Assembly: GCF_964355755.1 (NCBI RefSeq)
Contig: NC_092672.1
Location: 16,565,137 to 16,629,136 of the forward strand
DNA: 64,000 nt
Source: Antedon mediterranea
Lineage: Eukaryota > Animalia > Echinodermata
Direction: 5' to 3'
This document shows positions 27,301 to 41,063 of the stretch, piece after piece. The stretch's first letter is position 1; every line of letters starts with the position of its first letter. The notes under the pieces were generated by a model. It made no database searches and had not been told where the DNA came from. It worked only from the letters and a program-made list of their open reading frames with translations. The position numbers were made by a program, and so were the translations under genes.

Positions 27301-27671
27301 GAGAGAGATAGATCAGCGAAAGAGAGATAGATCAGCGAGAGAGATAGTTCAGCGAGAGAGAGATATATCAGCGAGAGAGAGATAGATCAGTGAGAGAGAG
27401 AGAGATCAGCAAGAGAGATATAGATCAGCGAGAGAGATAGATGAGCGAGAGAGAGATAGATCAGCGAGAGAGAGATAGATCAGTGAGAGAGAGATAGATC
27501 AGCGAGAGAGAGATAGATCAGCGAGAGAGAGATAGATCAGCGAGAGAGAGATAGGTCAGCTAGAGAGAGACAGATCAGCGAGAGAGAGATAGATCCGCGA
27601 GAGAGAGATAGATCAGCGAGAGAGAGATATATCAGCGAGAGAGAGATAGATCAGCGTGAGAGAGAGATAGA

Positions 27672-27702
<31 letters not shown>

Positions 27703-29220
27703 TAGATCCAGCGAGAGAGATAGATCAACGAGAGAAATATAGATCAGTGAGAGAGAGATAGATAGATCAGCGAGAGAGAGAGAGATAGATCAGCGAGAGG
27801 AGAGAGAGAGATAGATCAGCGAGAGAGAGATAGATCAGCGAGAGAGAGATAGATCAGCAAGAGAGAGAGAGATAGATCAGCGAGAGAGAGAGTTAGATCA
27901 GCGAGAGGAGAGAGAGAGATAGATCAGCGAGAGAGAGATAGATCAGCGAGAGAGAGATAGATCTGCGAGAGAGAGATAGATCAGCGAGAGAGAGATAGAT
28001 CACCGAGAGAAAGATAGATCAGCAAGAGAGAGAGAGATAGATCAGCGAGAGAGAGATAGATCAGCGAGAGAGATAGATCAGCGAGAAAGAGAGAGATAGA
28101 TCAGCGAGAGAGAGAGAGAGATAGATCAGCGAGAGAGAGATAGATCAGCGAGAGAGATAGATCAGCGAGAGAGATAGATCAGCGAGAGAGATAGATCAGC
28201 GAGAGAGATAGATAGATTAGCGAGAGAGAGATAGATCAGCAAGAGAGAGATAGATCAGCGTGAGAGAGATAGATCAGCGACAGAGAGATAGATCAGCAAG
28301 AGAGAGACAGATCAGTGACAGAGAGATAGATCAGCGAAAGAGAAATAGATCAGCGAGAGAGAGATAGATAAGCGAGAGAGAAATAGATCAACCGAGAGAG
28401 AGATAGATCAGCGAGAGAGAGAGATAGATCAGGGAGATAGAGATAGATCAGCGAGAGAGAGATAGATCAGCGAGAGAGAGAGAGAGAAAGATCAACGAGA
28501 GAGAGATAGATCAGCGAGAGAGAGAGATAGATCAGGGAGAGAGAGATAGATCAGCGAGAGAGAGAGATAGATCAGCGAGAGAGATAGATCAGCGAGAGAG
28601 ATAGATCAGCGAGAGAGAGAGGATAGATCAGCGAGTGAGAGAGATAGATCAGCGAGAGAGAGATAGATCAGCGAGAGAGAGAGAGATAGATCAGCGAGAG
28701 AGAGATAGATCAGCGAAAGAGAGACAGATCCGCGAGAGAGAGAGAGAGAGATAGATCAGCGAGAGAGAGAGAGAGATCAGCAAGAGAGAAATAGATCAGC
28801 GAGAGAGATAGATCAGCGAGAGAGAGATAGATCAGCGAAAGAGAGAGATAGATCAGTGAGAGAGAGATAGATCAGCGAGAGAGAGATAGATCAGCGAGAG
28901 AGAGATAGATCAGCGAGAGAGAGATAGATCAGCGAGAGAGAAAGATAGATACGCGAGAGAAAGAGATATAGATCCGCGAGAGAGAGATATATCAGCGAGA
29001 GAGAGATATATCAGCGTGAGAGAGATCAGCCAGAGAGAGATAGATCAGCGAGAGAGATAGATCAGCGAGAGAAATATAGATCAGCGAGAGAGAGATAGAT
29101 AGATCAGCGAGAGAGATAGATCAGCGAGAGAGAGAGATAGATAGATCAGCGAGAGAGAGATAGATCAGCGAGAGAGAGAGAGATAGATCAGCGAGAGAGA
29201 GATAGATAGACCAGCGAGAG
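19530..29220 (+). repeat. Tandem duplication, ~5.1-kb unit, 2 copies
   Basis: CCGCG..GAGGTAG 19581/24685 (5104 bp), GATATGCG 20356/25464 (5108 bp), CGGGGG 21403/26507 (5104 bp), CGGCAAAG 21941/27047 (5106 bp). Confidence 0.9.
23510..24120 (+). repeat. Tandem duplication, ~305-bp unit, present in only the first 5.1-kb copy
   Basis: CGAGTGAG 23523/23828 and GACAGATCCG ~23615/~23918; only a single copy at ~28630-28920. Confidence 0.8.
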
Positions 29221-29587
29221 AGAGATAGATCAGCGGGAGAGAGATAGATCAGCGAGAGAGAGAGAGATAGATCCGCGAGAGAGAGGTAGATCAGCGAGAG
29301 AGAGAGAGAGATAGATCAGCGAGAGAGAGATAAAGAGATCAGCGAGAGAGAGAGGGAGATAGATCAGCGAGAGGGAGAGAGAGAGAGATAGATAGATCAG
29401 CGAGAGAGAGATAGATAGAGAGATATATCAGCGAGAGAGAGATATATCAGCGTGAGAGAGAAATAGATCAGCGAGAGAAAGAGATAGATCAGCGAGAGAG
29501 ATAGATCAGCGAGAGAGAGATAGATAGATCAGAGAGAGAGATAGATCAGCGAGAGAGAGATAGATAGATCAGCGAGAGAGAGATAGA

Positions 29588-29626
<39 letters not shown>

Positions 29627-32600
29627 TCAGCGAGACAGATCAGCGAGAGAGAGATAGATCAGCGAGAGAGAGATAGATCAGCGATAGAGAGATAGATCAG
29701 CGAGAGAAATAGATCACCGAGAGAGAAATAGATCAGCGAGAGAGAGATAGATCAGCGAGAGAGAGATAGATCAGCGAGAGAGAGATAGATCAGCGAGAAA
29801 GAGATAGATCAGCGAGAGAGAGATAGATCAGCGAGAGAGAGATAGATCAGCCAGAGAGAGATAGATAGATCAGCGAGAGAGAGAGAGAGATAGATCAGCG
29901 AGAGAGAGATAGATCAGCGAGAGAAAGATAGATCAGCAAGAGAGAGATAGATCAGCGAGAGAGAGATAGATCAGCGAGAGAGAGAGATAGATCAGCGAGA
30001 GAGAGATTGATCAGCGAGACAGAGATAGATCAGCGGAGAGAGATTGATCAGCGAGAGAGAGATAGATCAGCGAGAGAGAGATAGATCAGCGAGAGAGAGA
30101 CAGATCAGCGGGGGAGAGATAGATCAGGCGATAGAGAGATAGATCAGCGAGAGAGAGATATAGATCAGCGAGAGGAGAGATAGATCAGTGAGAGTGAGTT
30201 AGATCAGCGAGAGAGATAGAGATAGATAGATCAGCGAGAGAGAGATAGATAGATCAGCGAGAGAGAGATAGATAGATCAGCGAGAGAGAGATAGATAGAT
30301 CAGCGAGAGAGATAGATAGATCAGCGAGAGAGAGAGAGATAGATAGATCAGCGAGAGATAGATAGATCAGCGTGAGAGAGATAGATCAGCGACAGAGAGA
30401 TAGATCAGCGAGAGAGAGAGATAGATCAGTGAAAGAGAGATAGATCAGCGAAAGAGAGATAGATCAGCGAGAGAGAGATAGATCAGCGAGAGAGATAGAT
30501 CAGGGAGAAAGAGATAGATCAGCGAGAGAGAGATAGATCAGCGAGAGAGATATATCAGCGAGAGAGAGATAGATCAGCGAAAGAGAGATATATCAGCGGG
30601 AGAGAGATAGATCAGCGAGAGAGAGAGATAGATCAGCGAGAGAGATAGATCAGCGGCAAAGAGATAAATCAGCGAGATAGAGATATATCAGGAAGAGAGA
30701 GATAGATCAGCGAGAGAGATAGATCAGCGAGAGAGATAGATCAGCGAGAGAGAGATAGATCAGCGAGAGAGAGATAGATCAGCGAGAGAGAGAGAGATAG
30801 TTCAGTTAGAGAGATAGATAAATTAGCGAGAGATAGATAGATCAGCGAGAGAGAGATAGATCAGCGTGAGAGAGATAGATCAGCGTGAGAGAGAGATAGA
30901 TCAGCGAGAGAGAGATTGATCAGCGAGAGAGAGATAGATCAGCGAGAGAGAGATAGATCAGCGAGATAGATATAGATAGATATAGATCAGCGAGAGGAGA
31001 GATAGATCAGCGAGAGAGAGATAGATCAGCGAGAGAGATAGAGATAGATAGATCAGCGACAGAGAGATAGATAGATCAGCGACAGAGAGATAGATAGATC
31101 AGCGAGAGAGAGATAGATAGATCAGCGAGAGAGAGATAGATAGATCAGCGAGAGAGATAGATAGATCAGCGAGAGAGAGAGATAGATAGATCAGCGAGAG
31201 AGAGATAGATAGATCAGTGAGAGAGAGATAGATAGATCAGCGTGAGAGAGATAGATAGATCAGAGAGAGAGATAGATAGATCAGCGAGAGAGATAGATCA
31301 GCGAGAGAGAGATATATCAGCGAGAGAGAGATAGATCAGTGAGAGAGAGAGAGATCAGCAAGAGAGATGTAGATCAGCGAGAGAGATAGATGAGCGAGAG
31401 AGAGATAGATCAGCGAGAGAGAGATAGATCAGTGAGAGAGAGATAGATCAGCAAGAGAGAGATAGATCAGCGAAAGAGAGATAGATCAGCGAGAGAGAGA
31501 TAGATCAGCTAGAGAGAGATAGATCAGCGAGAGAGAGAGATAGATCCGCGAGAGAGAGATAGATCAGCGAGAGAGAGATATATCAGCGAGAGAGAGATAG
31601 ATCAGCGTGAGAGAGAGATAGATCAGCGAGAGAGAGAGAGATAGATCAGCGAGAGAGATAGATCAACGAGAGAAATATAGATCAGTGAGAGAGAGATAGA
31701 TAGATCAGCGAGAGAGAGAGAGAGATAGATCAGCGAGAGGAGAGAGAGAGATAGATCAGCGAGAGAGAGATAGATCAGCGAGAGAGAGATAGATCAGCGA
31801 GAGAGAGAGAGAGATAGATCAGCGAGAGAGAGAGAGATAGATCAGCGAGAGAGAGATAGATCAGCGAGAGAGAGATAGATCAGCGAGAGAGAGATAGATC
31901 AGCGAGAGAGAGATAGATCACCGAGAGAAAGATAGATCAGCGAGAGAGAGAGAGATAGATCAGCGAGAGAGAGATAGATCAGCGAGAGAGATAGATCAGC
32001 GAGAAAGAGAGAGATAGATCAGCGAGAGAGAGATAGATAGATAGATCAGCGAGAGAGAGATAGGTAGATCAGCGAGAGAGAGAGATAGATAGATCAGCGA
32101 GAGAGAGAGAGAGAGAGTAGATCAGCGAGAGAGAGATAGATCAGCGAGAGATAGATCAGCGAGAGAGATAGATCAGCGAGAAAGATAGATCAGCGAGAGA
32201 GATAGATAGATTAGCGAGAGAGAGATAGATCAGCGAGAGAGAGATAGATCAGCGTGAGAGAGATAGATCAGCGACAGAGAGATAGATCAGCAAGAGAGAG
32301 ATAGATCAGTGACAGAGAGATAGATCAGCGAAAGAGAGATAGATAAGCGAGAGAGAGATAGATAAGCGAGAGAGAGATAGATCAACGAGAGAGAGATAGA
32401 TCAGCGAGAGAGAGAGATAGATCAGGGAGATAGAGATAGATCAGCGAGAGAGAGATAGATCAGCGAGAGAGAGAGAGAGAGAGAGAAAGATCAACGAGAG
32501 AGAGATAGATCAGCGAGAGAGAGAGATAGATCAAGGAGAGAGAGATAGATCAGCGAGAGAGAGATAGATCAGCGAGAGAGATAGATCAGCGAGAGAGAGA

Positions 32601-33889
32601 TAGATCAGCGAGAGAGATAGATCAGCGAGAGAGAGATAGATCAGCGAGTGAGAGAGATAGATCAGCGAGAGAGAGATAGATCAGCGAGAGAGAGAGAGAT
32701 AGATCAGCGAGAGAGAGATAGATCAGCGAAAGAGAGACAGATCCGCGAGAGAGAGAGATAGATAAGCGAGAGAGAGAGAGAGAGAGATCAGCAAGAGAGA
32801 GATAGATCAGCGAGAGAGAGATAGATCAGCGAGAGAGAGAGAGATAGATCAGTGAGAGAGAGATAGATCAGCAAGAGAGAGATAGATCAGCGAGAGAGAG
32901 ATAGATCAGCGAGAGAGAGATAGATCAGCGAGAGAGAAAGATAGATACGCGAGAGAAAGAGAGATAGATCCGCGAGAGAGAGATATATCAGCAAGAGAGA
33001 GATATATCAGCGTGAGAGAGAGATAGATAAGCGAGAGAGAGATAGATCAGCGAGAGAGATAGATCAGCGAGAGAAATATAGATCAGCGAGAGAGAGATAG
33101 ATAGATCAGCGAGAGAGATAGATCAGCGAGAGAGAGAGATAGATAGATCAGCGAGAGAGAGATAGATCAGCGAGAGAGAGAGAGATAGATCAGCGAGAGA
33201 GAGATAGATAGACCAGCGAGAGAGAGATAGATCAGCGAGAGAGAGATAGATCAGCGAGAGAGAGAGATAGATCCGCGAGAGAGAGGTAGATCAGCGAGAA
33301 AGAGAGAGAGATAGATCAGCGAGAGAGAGATAAAGTGATCAGCGAGAGAGAGAGGGAGATAGATCAGCGAGAGAGAAAGAGAGAGATAGATAGATCAGCG
33401 AGAGAGAGATAGATAGAGAGATATATCAGAGAGAGAGAGAGATATATCAGCGTGAGAGAGAAATAGATCAGCGAGAGAGAGATAGATCAGCGAGAGAGAT
33501 AGATCAGCGAGAGAGAGAGATAGATAGATCAGAGAGAGAGATAGATCAGCGAGAGAGAGATAGATAGATCAGCGAGAGAGAGATAGATCAGCGAGACAGA
33601 GAGAGATAGATCAGCGAGACAGAGAGATAGATCAGCGAGAGAGAGATAGATCAGCGAGAGAGAGATAGATCAGCGATAGAGAGATAGATCAGCGAGAGAG
33701 AGATAGATCACCGAGAGAGAGATAGATCAGCGAGAGAGAGATAGATCAGCGAGAGAGAGATAGATCAGCGAGAGAGAGATAGATCAGCGAGAAAGAGATA
33801 GATCAGCGAGAGAGAGATAGATCAGCGAGAGAGAGATAGATCAGCCAGAGAGAGATAGATAGATCAGCGAGAGAGAGATAGATCAGCGA

Positions 33890-35081
33890 GAGAGAGATAG
33901 ATCAGCGAGAGAGAGAGATACATCAGCGAGAGAGAGATAGATCAGCGAGAGAGAGATAGATCAGCGAGAGAGAGAGGTAGATCAGCGAGAGAGAGAGAGA
34001 TAGATCAGCGAGAGAGAGATAGATAGATCAGCGAGAGAGAGATAGATCAGCGACAGAGAGATAGATAGATCATCGAGAGAGATATAGATCAGCGAGAGAG
34101 AGATAGATAAGCGACAGAGAGATAGATCAGCGACAGAGAGATAGATCAGCGACAGAGAGATAGATCAGCGAAAGAGAGATAGATCAGCGAGAGAGAGATA
34201 GATCAGCGAGAGAGAGATAGATCAGCGAGAGAGAGATAGATCAGCGAGAGAGTGATAGATCAGCGAGAGAGAGAGATAGATCAGGGAGAGAGAGATAGAT
34301 CAGCGAGAGAGAGATAGATCAGCGAGAGAGAGATAGATCTGCGAGAGAGATAGATCAGCGAGAGAGAGATAGATCAGCGAGAGAGAGAGATAGATCAGCG
34401 AGAGAGATAGATCAGCGAGAAAGAGATAGATCAGCAAGAGAGAGATTGATCAGCGAGAGAGACATAGATCAGCGAGAGAGAGAGAGATAGATCAGCGAGA
34501 GAGAGATAGATCAGCGAGAGAGAGATAGATAGATAGATTAGCGAGAGAGAGATAGGTAGATCAGCGAGAGAGAGAGAGAGAGATAGATAGATCAGCGAGA
34601 GAGAGATAGATAGATCAGTGAGAGAGAGAGAGAGAGATAGATAGATCAGCGAGAGAGAGATAGATAGATCAGCGAGAGAGAGATAGATAGATCAGCGAGA
34701 GAGAGAGATAGATAGATCAGCGAGAGAGAGATAGATAGATCAGTGAGAGAGAGAGAGATAGATCAGCGAGAGAGAGAGAGAGATAGATCAGCGAGAGAGA
34801 GAGAGATAGATCAGCGAGAGAGAGATAAATAGATCAGCGAGAGAGAGAGAGAGAGATAGATCAGCGAGAGAGAGATAGATAGATCAGCGAGAGAGAGATA
34901 GATAGATCAGCGAGAGAGAGAGATAGATCAACCAGAGAGAGATAGATAGATCAGCGAGAGAGAGAGAGAGAGAGGGATAGATCAGCCAGAGAGAGATAGA
35001 TAGATCAGCGAGAGAGAGAGAGAGAGAGAGATAGATCAGCCAGAGAGAGATAGATAGATCAGCGAGAGAGAGATAGATAGA

Positions 35082-35134
<53 letters not shown>

Positions 35135-38100
35135 TCAGCGAGAGAGAGATAGATCAGCGAGAGAAATATAGATCAGCGTGAGAGAGAGATATATCAGCGA
35201 GAGAGATAGATCAGCGAGAGAAAGATAGATCAGCGAGAGAAATAATTGATCAGCGAGAGAGAGATAGATCAGCGAGAGAGAGATAGATCAGCGAGAGAGA
35301 GATAAATCAGTTAGAGAGAAATAGATCAGCGAGAGAGAGATAGATCAGCGAGAGAGAGATAGATCTGCGAGAAAGAGAGATAGATCAGCGAGATAGATAG
35401 ATCAGCGAGAGAGAGATAGATCAGCGTGAGAGAGATAGTTCAGCGTGAGAGAGAGAGATAGATCAGCAAGAGAGAGAGATTGATCAGCGAGAGAGAGATA
35501 GATCAGCGAGAGAGAGATAGATCAGCGAGAGAGAGATAGATCAGCGAGATAGAGATAGATCAGCGAGAGGAGAGATAGATCAGCAAGAGAGAGATAGATC
35601 AGCGAGAGAGATAGAGATAGATAGATCAGCGACAGAGAGATAGATAGATCAGCGACAGAGAGATAGATAGATCAGCGAGAGAGAGAGATAGATAGATCAG
35701 CGAAAGAGAGATAGATAGATCAGCGAGAGAGATAGATAGATCAGCGAGAGAGAGAGATAGATAGATCAGCGAGAGAGAGATAGATAGATCAGTGAGAGAG
35801 AGAGATAGATAGATCAGCGAGAGAGAGATAGATAGATCAGAGAGAGAGATAGATAGATCAGCGAGAGAGAGATAGATAGATCAGCGAGAGAGAGATAGAT
35901 AGATCAGCGAGAAGGAGAGAGATAGATCAGCGAGAGAGAGAGAGATAGATCAGCGAGAGAGAGATAGATAGATCAGCGAGAAAGAGAGAGAGAGAGAGAG
36001 AGTGATAGATCAGCCAGAGAGAGATATAGAAAGATCAGCGAGAGAGAGAGAGAGATAGATCAGCGAGAGAGAGATAGATAGATAGATCAGCGAGAGAGAG
36101 ATAGGTAGATCAGCGAGAGAGAGAGAGAGATAGATAGATCAGCGAGAGAGAGAGAGAGATAGATCAGCGAGAGAGATAGATCAGCGAGAGAGATAGATCA
36201 GCGAGAGAGATAGATCAGCGAGAGAGAGATAGATCAGCGAGTGAGAGATAGATCAGCGAGAGAGAGAGATAGATCAGCAAGAGAGATAGATAGATTAGCA
36301 AGAGAGAGATAGATCAGCGAGAGAGAGATAGATCAGCGTGAGAGAGATAGATCAGCGACAGAGAGATAGATCAGCAAGAGAGAGATAGATCAGTGACAGA
36401 GAGATAGATCAGCGAAAGAGAGATAGATCAGCGAGTGAGAGATAGATAAGCGAGTGCGAGAGAGAGATCAACGAGAGAGAGAGATAGATCAGCGAGAAAG
36501 AGATAGATCAGGGAGAGAGAGATAGATCAGCGAGAGAGAGATAGATCAGCGAGAGAGAGAGATAGATCAACGAGAGAGAGATAGATCAGCGAGAGAGATA
36601 GATCAGGGAGAGAGAGATAGATCAGCGAGAGAGAGATAAATCAGCGAGAGAGATAGATCAGCGAGAGAGAGATAGATCAGCGAGAGAGAGAGATAGATCA
36701 GCGAGAGAGAGATAGATCAGCGAGAGAGAGAGAGATAGATCAGCGAGAGAGAGATATATCAGCGAAAGAGAGACAGATCCGCGAGAGAGAGAGAGATAGA
36801 TCAGCGAAAGAGAAAGATCAGCGAGAGAGAGATAGATCAGCGAGAGAGAGATAGATAGATCAGCGAGAAGGAGATAGAAAGATCAGCGAGAGAGAGAGAG
36901 AGATAGAAAGATCAGCGAGAGAGAGATAGATCAGCGTGAGAGAGATAGATCAGCGAGAGAGAGAGATAGATCAGTGAGAGAGAGAGATAGATCAGCGAGA
37001 TAGATAGATCAGCGAGAGAGAGATAGATCAGCGAGAAAGAGAGAGAGATAGATCAGCGAGAGAGATAGATCAGCGAGAGAGAGATAGATCAGCGAGAGAG
37101 AGAGATAGATCAGCGAGAGAGAGATAGATCAGCGAGAGAGAGATAGATCAGCGAGAGAGATAGATCAGCGAGAAAGAGATAGATCAGCGAGAGAGAGATA
37201 GATCAGCGAGAGAGAGATAGATCAGCGAGAGAGAGAGATAGATCAGCGAGAGAGAGATAGATCAGCGAGAGAGAGATAGATCAGCGAGAGAGAGAGGTAG
37301 ATCAGCGAGAGAGAGAGAGATAGATCAGCGAGAGAGAGATAGATAGATCAGCGAGAGAGAGATAGATCAGCGACAGAGAGATAGATAGATCAGCGAGAGA
37401 GATATAGATCAGCGAGAGAGAGATAGATAGATCAGCGAGTGAGAGATAGATAAGCGACAGAGAGATAGATCAGCGACAGAGAGATAGATCAGCGACAGAG
37501 AGATAGATCAGCGAAAGAGAGATAGATCAGCGAGAGAGAGATAGATCAGCGAGAGAGAGATAGATCAGCGAGAGAGAGATAGATCAGCGAGAGAGTGATA
37601 GATCAGCGAGAGAGAGAGATAGATCAGGGAGAGAGATATAGATCAGCGAGAGAGAGATAGATCAGCGAGAGAGAGATAGATCTGCGAGAGAGATAGATCA
37701 GCGAGAGAGAGATAGATCAGCGAGAGAGAGATAGATCAGCGAGAGAGATAGATCAGCGAGAAAGAGATAGATCAGCGAGAGAGAGATAGATCAGCGAGAG
37801 AGACATAGATCAGCGAGAGAGAGAGAGAGATAGATCAGCGAGAGAGAGATAGATCAGCGAGAGAGAGATAGATAGATAGATCAGCGAGAGAGAGATAGGT
37901 AGATCAGCGAGAGAGAGAGAGAGAGATAGATAGATCAGTGAGAGAGAGAGAGAGATAGATAGATCAGCGAGAGAGAGATATATAGATCAGCGAGAGAGAG
38001 ATAGATAGATCAGCGAGAGAGAGAGATAGATAGATCAGCGAGAGAGAGATAGATAGATCAGTGAGAGAGAGAGAGATAGATCAGCGAGAGAGAGAGAGAT

Positions 38101-39270
38101 AGATCAGCGAGAGAGAGAGAGATAGATCAGCGAGAGAGAGATAAATAGATCAGTGAGAGAGAGAGAGAGAAATAGATCAGCGAGAGAGAGATAGATAGAT
38201 CAGCGAGAGAGAGATAGATAGATCAGCGAGAGAGAGAGATAGATCAACCAGAGAGAGATAGAAAGATCAGCGAGAGAGAGAGAGAGAGAGAAGGATAGAT
38301 CAGCCAGAGAGAGATAGATAGATCAGCGAGAGAGAGAGAGAGAGATAGATCAGCCAGAGAGAGATAGATAGATCAGCGAGAGAGAGATAGATAGATCAGC
38401 GAGAGAGAGAGAGAGAGATAGATCAGCAAGAGAGAGATAGATCAGCGAGAGAAATATAGATCAGCGTGAGAGAGAGATATATCAGCGAGAGAGATAGATC
38501 AGCGAGAGAGAGATAGATCAGCGAGAGAAATATAGATCAGCGAGAGAGAGATAGATCAGCGAGAGAGAGATAGATCAGCGAGAGAGAGATAAATCAGTTA
38601 GAGAGAGATAGATCAGCGAGAGAGAGATAGATCAGCGAGAGAGAGATAGATCTGCGAGAGAGAGAGATAGATCAGCGAGATAGATAGATCAGCGAGAGAG
38701 AGATAGATCAGCGTGAGAGAGATAGATCAGCGTGAGAGAGAGAGATAGATCAGCGAGAAAGAGAGATTGATAAGCGAGAGAGAGATATATCAGCGAGAGA
38801 GAGATAGATCAGCGAGAGAGAGAGATAGATCAGCGAGATAGAGATAGATCAGCGAGAGGAGAGATAGATCAGCAAGAGAGAGATAGATCAGCGAGAGAGA
38901 TAGAGATAGATAGATAAGCGACAGAGAGATAGATAGATCAGCGACAGAGAGATAGATAGATCAGCGAGAGAGAGATAGATAGATCAGCGAAAGAGAGATA
39001 GATAGATCAGCGAGAGAGATAGATAGATCAGCGAGAGAGAGAGATAGATAGATCAGCGAGAGAGAGATAGATAGATCAGTGAGAGAGAGAGATAGATAGA
39101 TCAGCGAGAGAGAGATAGATAGATCAGAGAGAGAGAGATAGATAGATCAGCGAGAGAGAGATAGATAGATCAGCGAGAGAGAGATAGATAGATCAGCGAG
39201 AAGGAGAGAGATAGATCAGCGAGAGAGAGAGAGATAGATCAGCGAGAGAGAGATAGATAGATCAGCGAGA
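33890..39270 (+). repeat. ~3.3-kb higher-order unit, about 1.6 tandem copies
   Basis: CAGTTA 35308/38595 (3287 bp). GAGTGATAG, GACATAG and CAACCAG recur in order at ~3.3-kb spacing, and the same period appears at the window start (GATACATC 670/4002, 3332 bp). Confidence 0.85.
35087..35130 (+). repeat. Longest pure GA tract seen, (GA)22
   Basis: Uninterrupted GA run between CAGC and TAGATC. Confidence 0.85.
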
Positions 39271-39389
39271 AAGAGATAGATCAGCGATAGAGAGATAGAT
39301 CAGCGAGAGAGAGATAGATCACCGAGAGAGAGATAGATCAACGAGAGAGAGATAGATCAGCGAGAGAGAGATATATCAGCGAGAGAGAG

Positions 39390-41032
39390 ATAGATCAGCA
39401 AGAGAGATAGATAGATTAGCAAGAGAGAGATAGATCAGCGAGAGAGAGATAGATCAGCGTGAGAGAGATAGATCAGCGACAGAGAGATAGAACAGCGAGA
39501 GAGAGATAGATCAGTGACAGAGAGATAGATCAGCGAAAGAGAGATAGATCAGCGAGTGAGAGATAGATAAGCGAGAGCGAGAGAGAGATCAACGAGAGAA
39601 AGATAGATCAGCGAGAGAGAGATAGATCAGGGAGAGAGAGATAGATCAGCGAGAGAGAGAGATAGATCAGCGAGAGAAAGAGAGATAGATCCGCGAGAGA
39701 GAGATATATCAGCGAGAGAGAGAGATAGATCAGGGAGAGAGAGATAGATCAGCGAGAGAGAGATAAATAAGCGAGAGATAGATCAGCGAGAGAGATATAG
39801 ATCAGCGAGAGAGAGAGATAGATCAGCGAGAGAGAGATAGATCAGCGAGAGAGAGAGAGATAGATCAGCGAGAGAGAGAGATAGATCAGCGAGAGAGATA
39901 GATCAGCGAGAGAGAGATAGATCAGCGAGAGAGAGATAGATAGATCAGCGAGAAGGAGATAGATAGATCAGCGAGAGAGAGAGAGAGATAGATAGATCAG
40001 CGAGAGAGAGATAGATCAGCGTGAGAGAGATAGATCAGCGACAGAGAGATAGATCAGCGAGAGAGAGATAGATCAGCGAGAGAGAGATAGATCAGCGAGA
40101 GAGAGATAGATCAGTGAGAGAGAGATAGATCAGCGAGAGAGAGATAGATCAGCGAGAGAGAGATAGATCAGCGAGAGAGAGATAGATCAGCGAGAGAGAG
40201 AGATAGATCCGCGAGAGAGAGATAGATCCGCGAGAGAGAGATATATCAGCGAGAGAGAGATATATCAGCGTGAGAGAGAGTTAGATCAGCGAGAGAGATA
40301 TAGATCAGCGAGAGAGATAGATCAGCGAGAGAAATATAGATCAGCGAGAGAGAGATAGATAGATCAGCGAGAGAGATAGATCAGCGAGAGAGAGATAGAT
40401 AGATCAGCGAGATAGAGATAGATCAGCGAGAGAGAGAGAGATAGATCAGCGATAGAGAGATAGATCAGCGAGAGAGAGATAGATCAGCGAGAGAGCGATA
40501 GATCAGCGAGAGAGAGATAGATCAGCGAGAGAGAGATAGATCAGCGAGAGATAGATAGATCAGCGAGAGAGAGATAGATCAGCGAGAGAGAGATAGATCA
40601 GCGAGAAAGAGATAGATCGGCGAGAGAGAGATAGATCAGCGAGAGAGAGATAGATCAGCCAGAGAGAGATAGATAGATCAGCGAGAGAGAGAGAGAGATA
40701 GATCAGCGAGAGAGAGAGAGATCAGCGAGAGAGAGAGATATATCAGCGTGAGAGAGAGATAGATCAGAGAGAGATAGATAGATCAGAGAAAGAGAGACAG
40801 ATCCGCGAGAGAGAGAGAGATAGATCAGCGAGAGAGAGAGAGATCAGCAAGAGAGAGATAGATCAGCGAGAGAGATAGATCAGCGAGAGAGAGATAGATC
40901 AGCGAGAGAGATAGATCAGTGAGAGAGAGATAGATAGATCAGCGAGAGAGAGATAGATAGATCAGCGAGAAGGAGAGAGATAGATCAGCGAGAGAGAGAG
41001 AGATAGATCAGCGAGAGAGAGATAGATAGATC

Positions 41033-41063
<31 letters not shown>

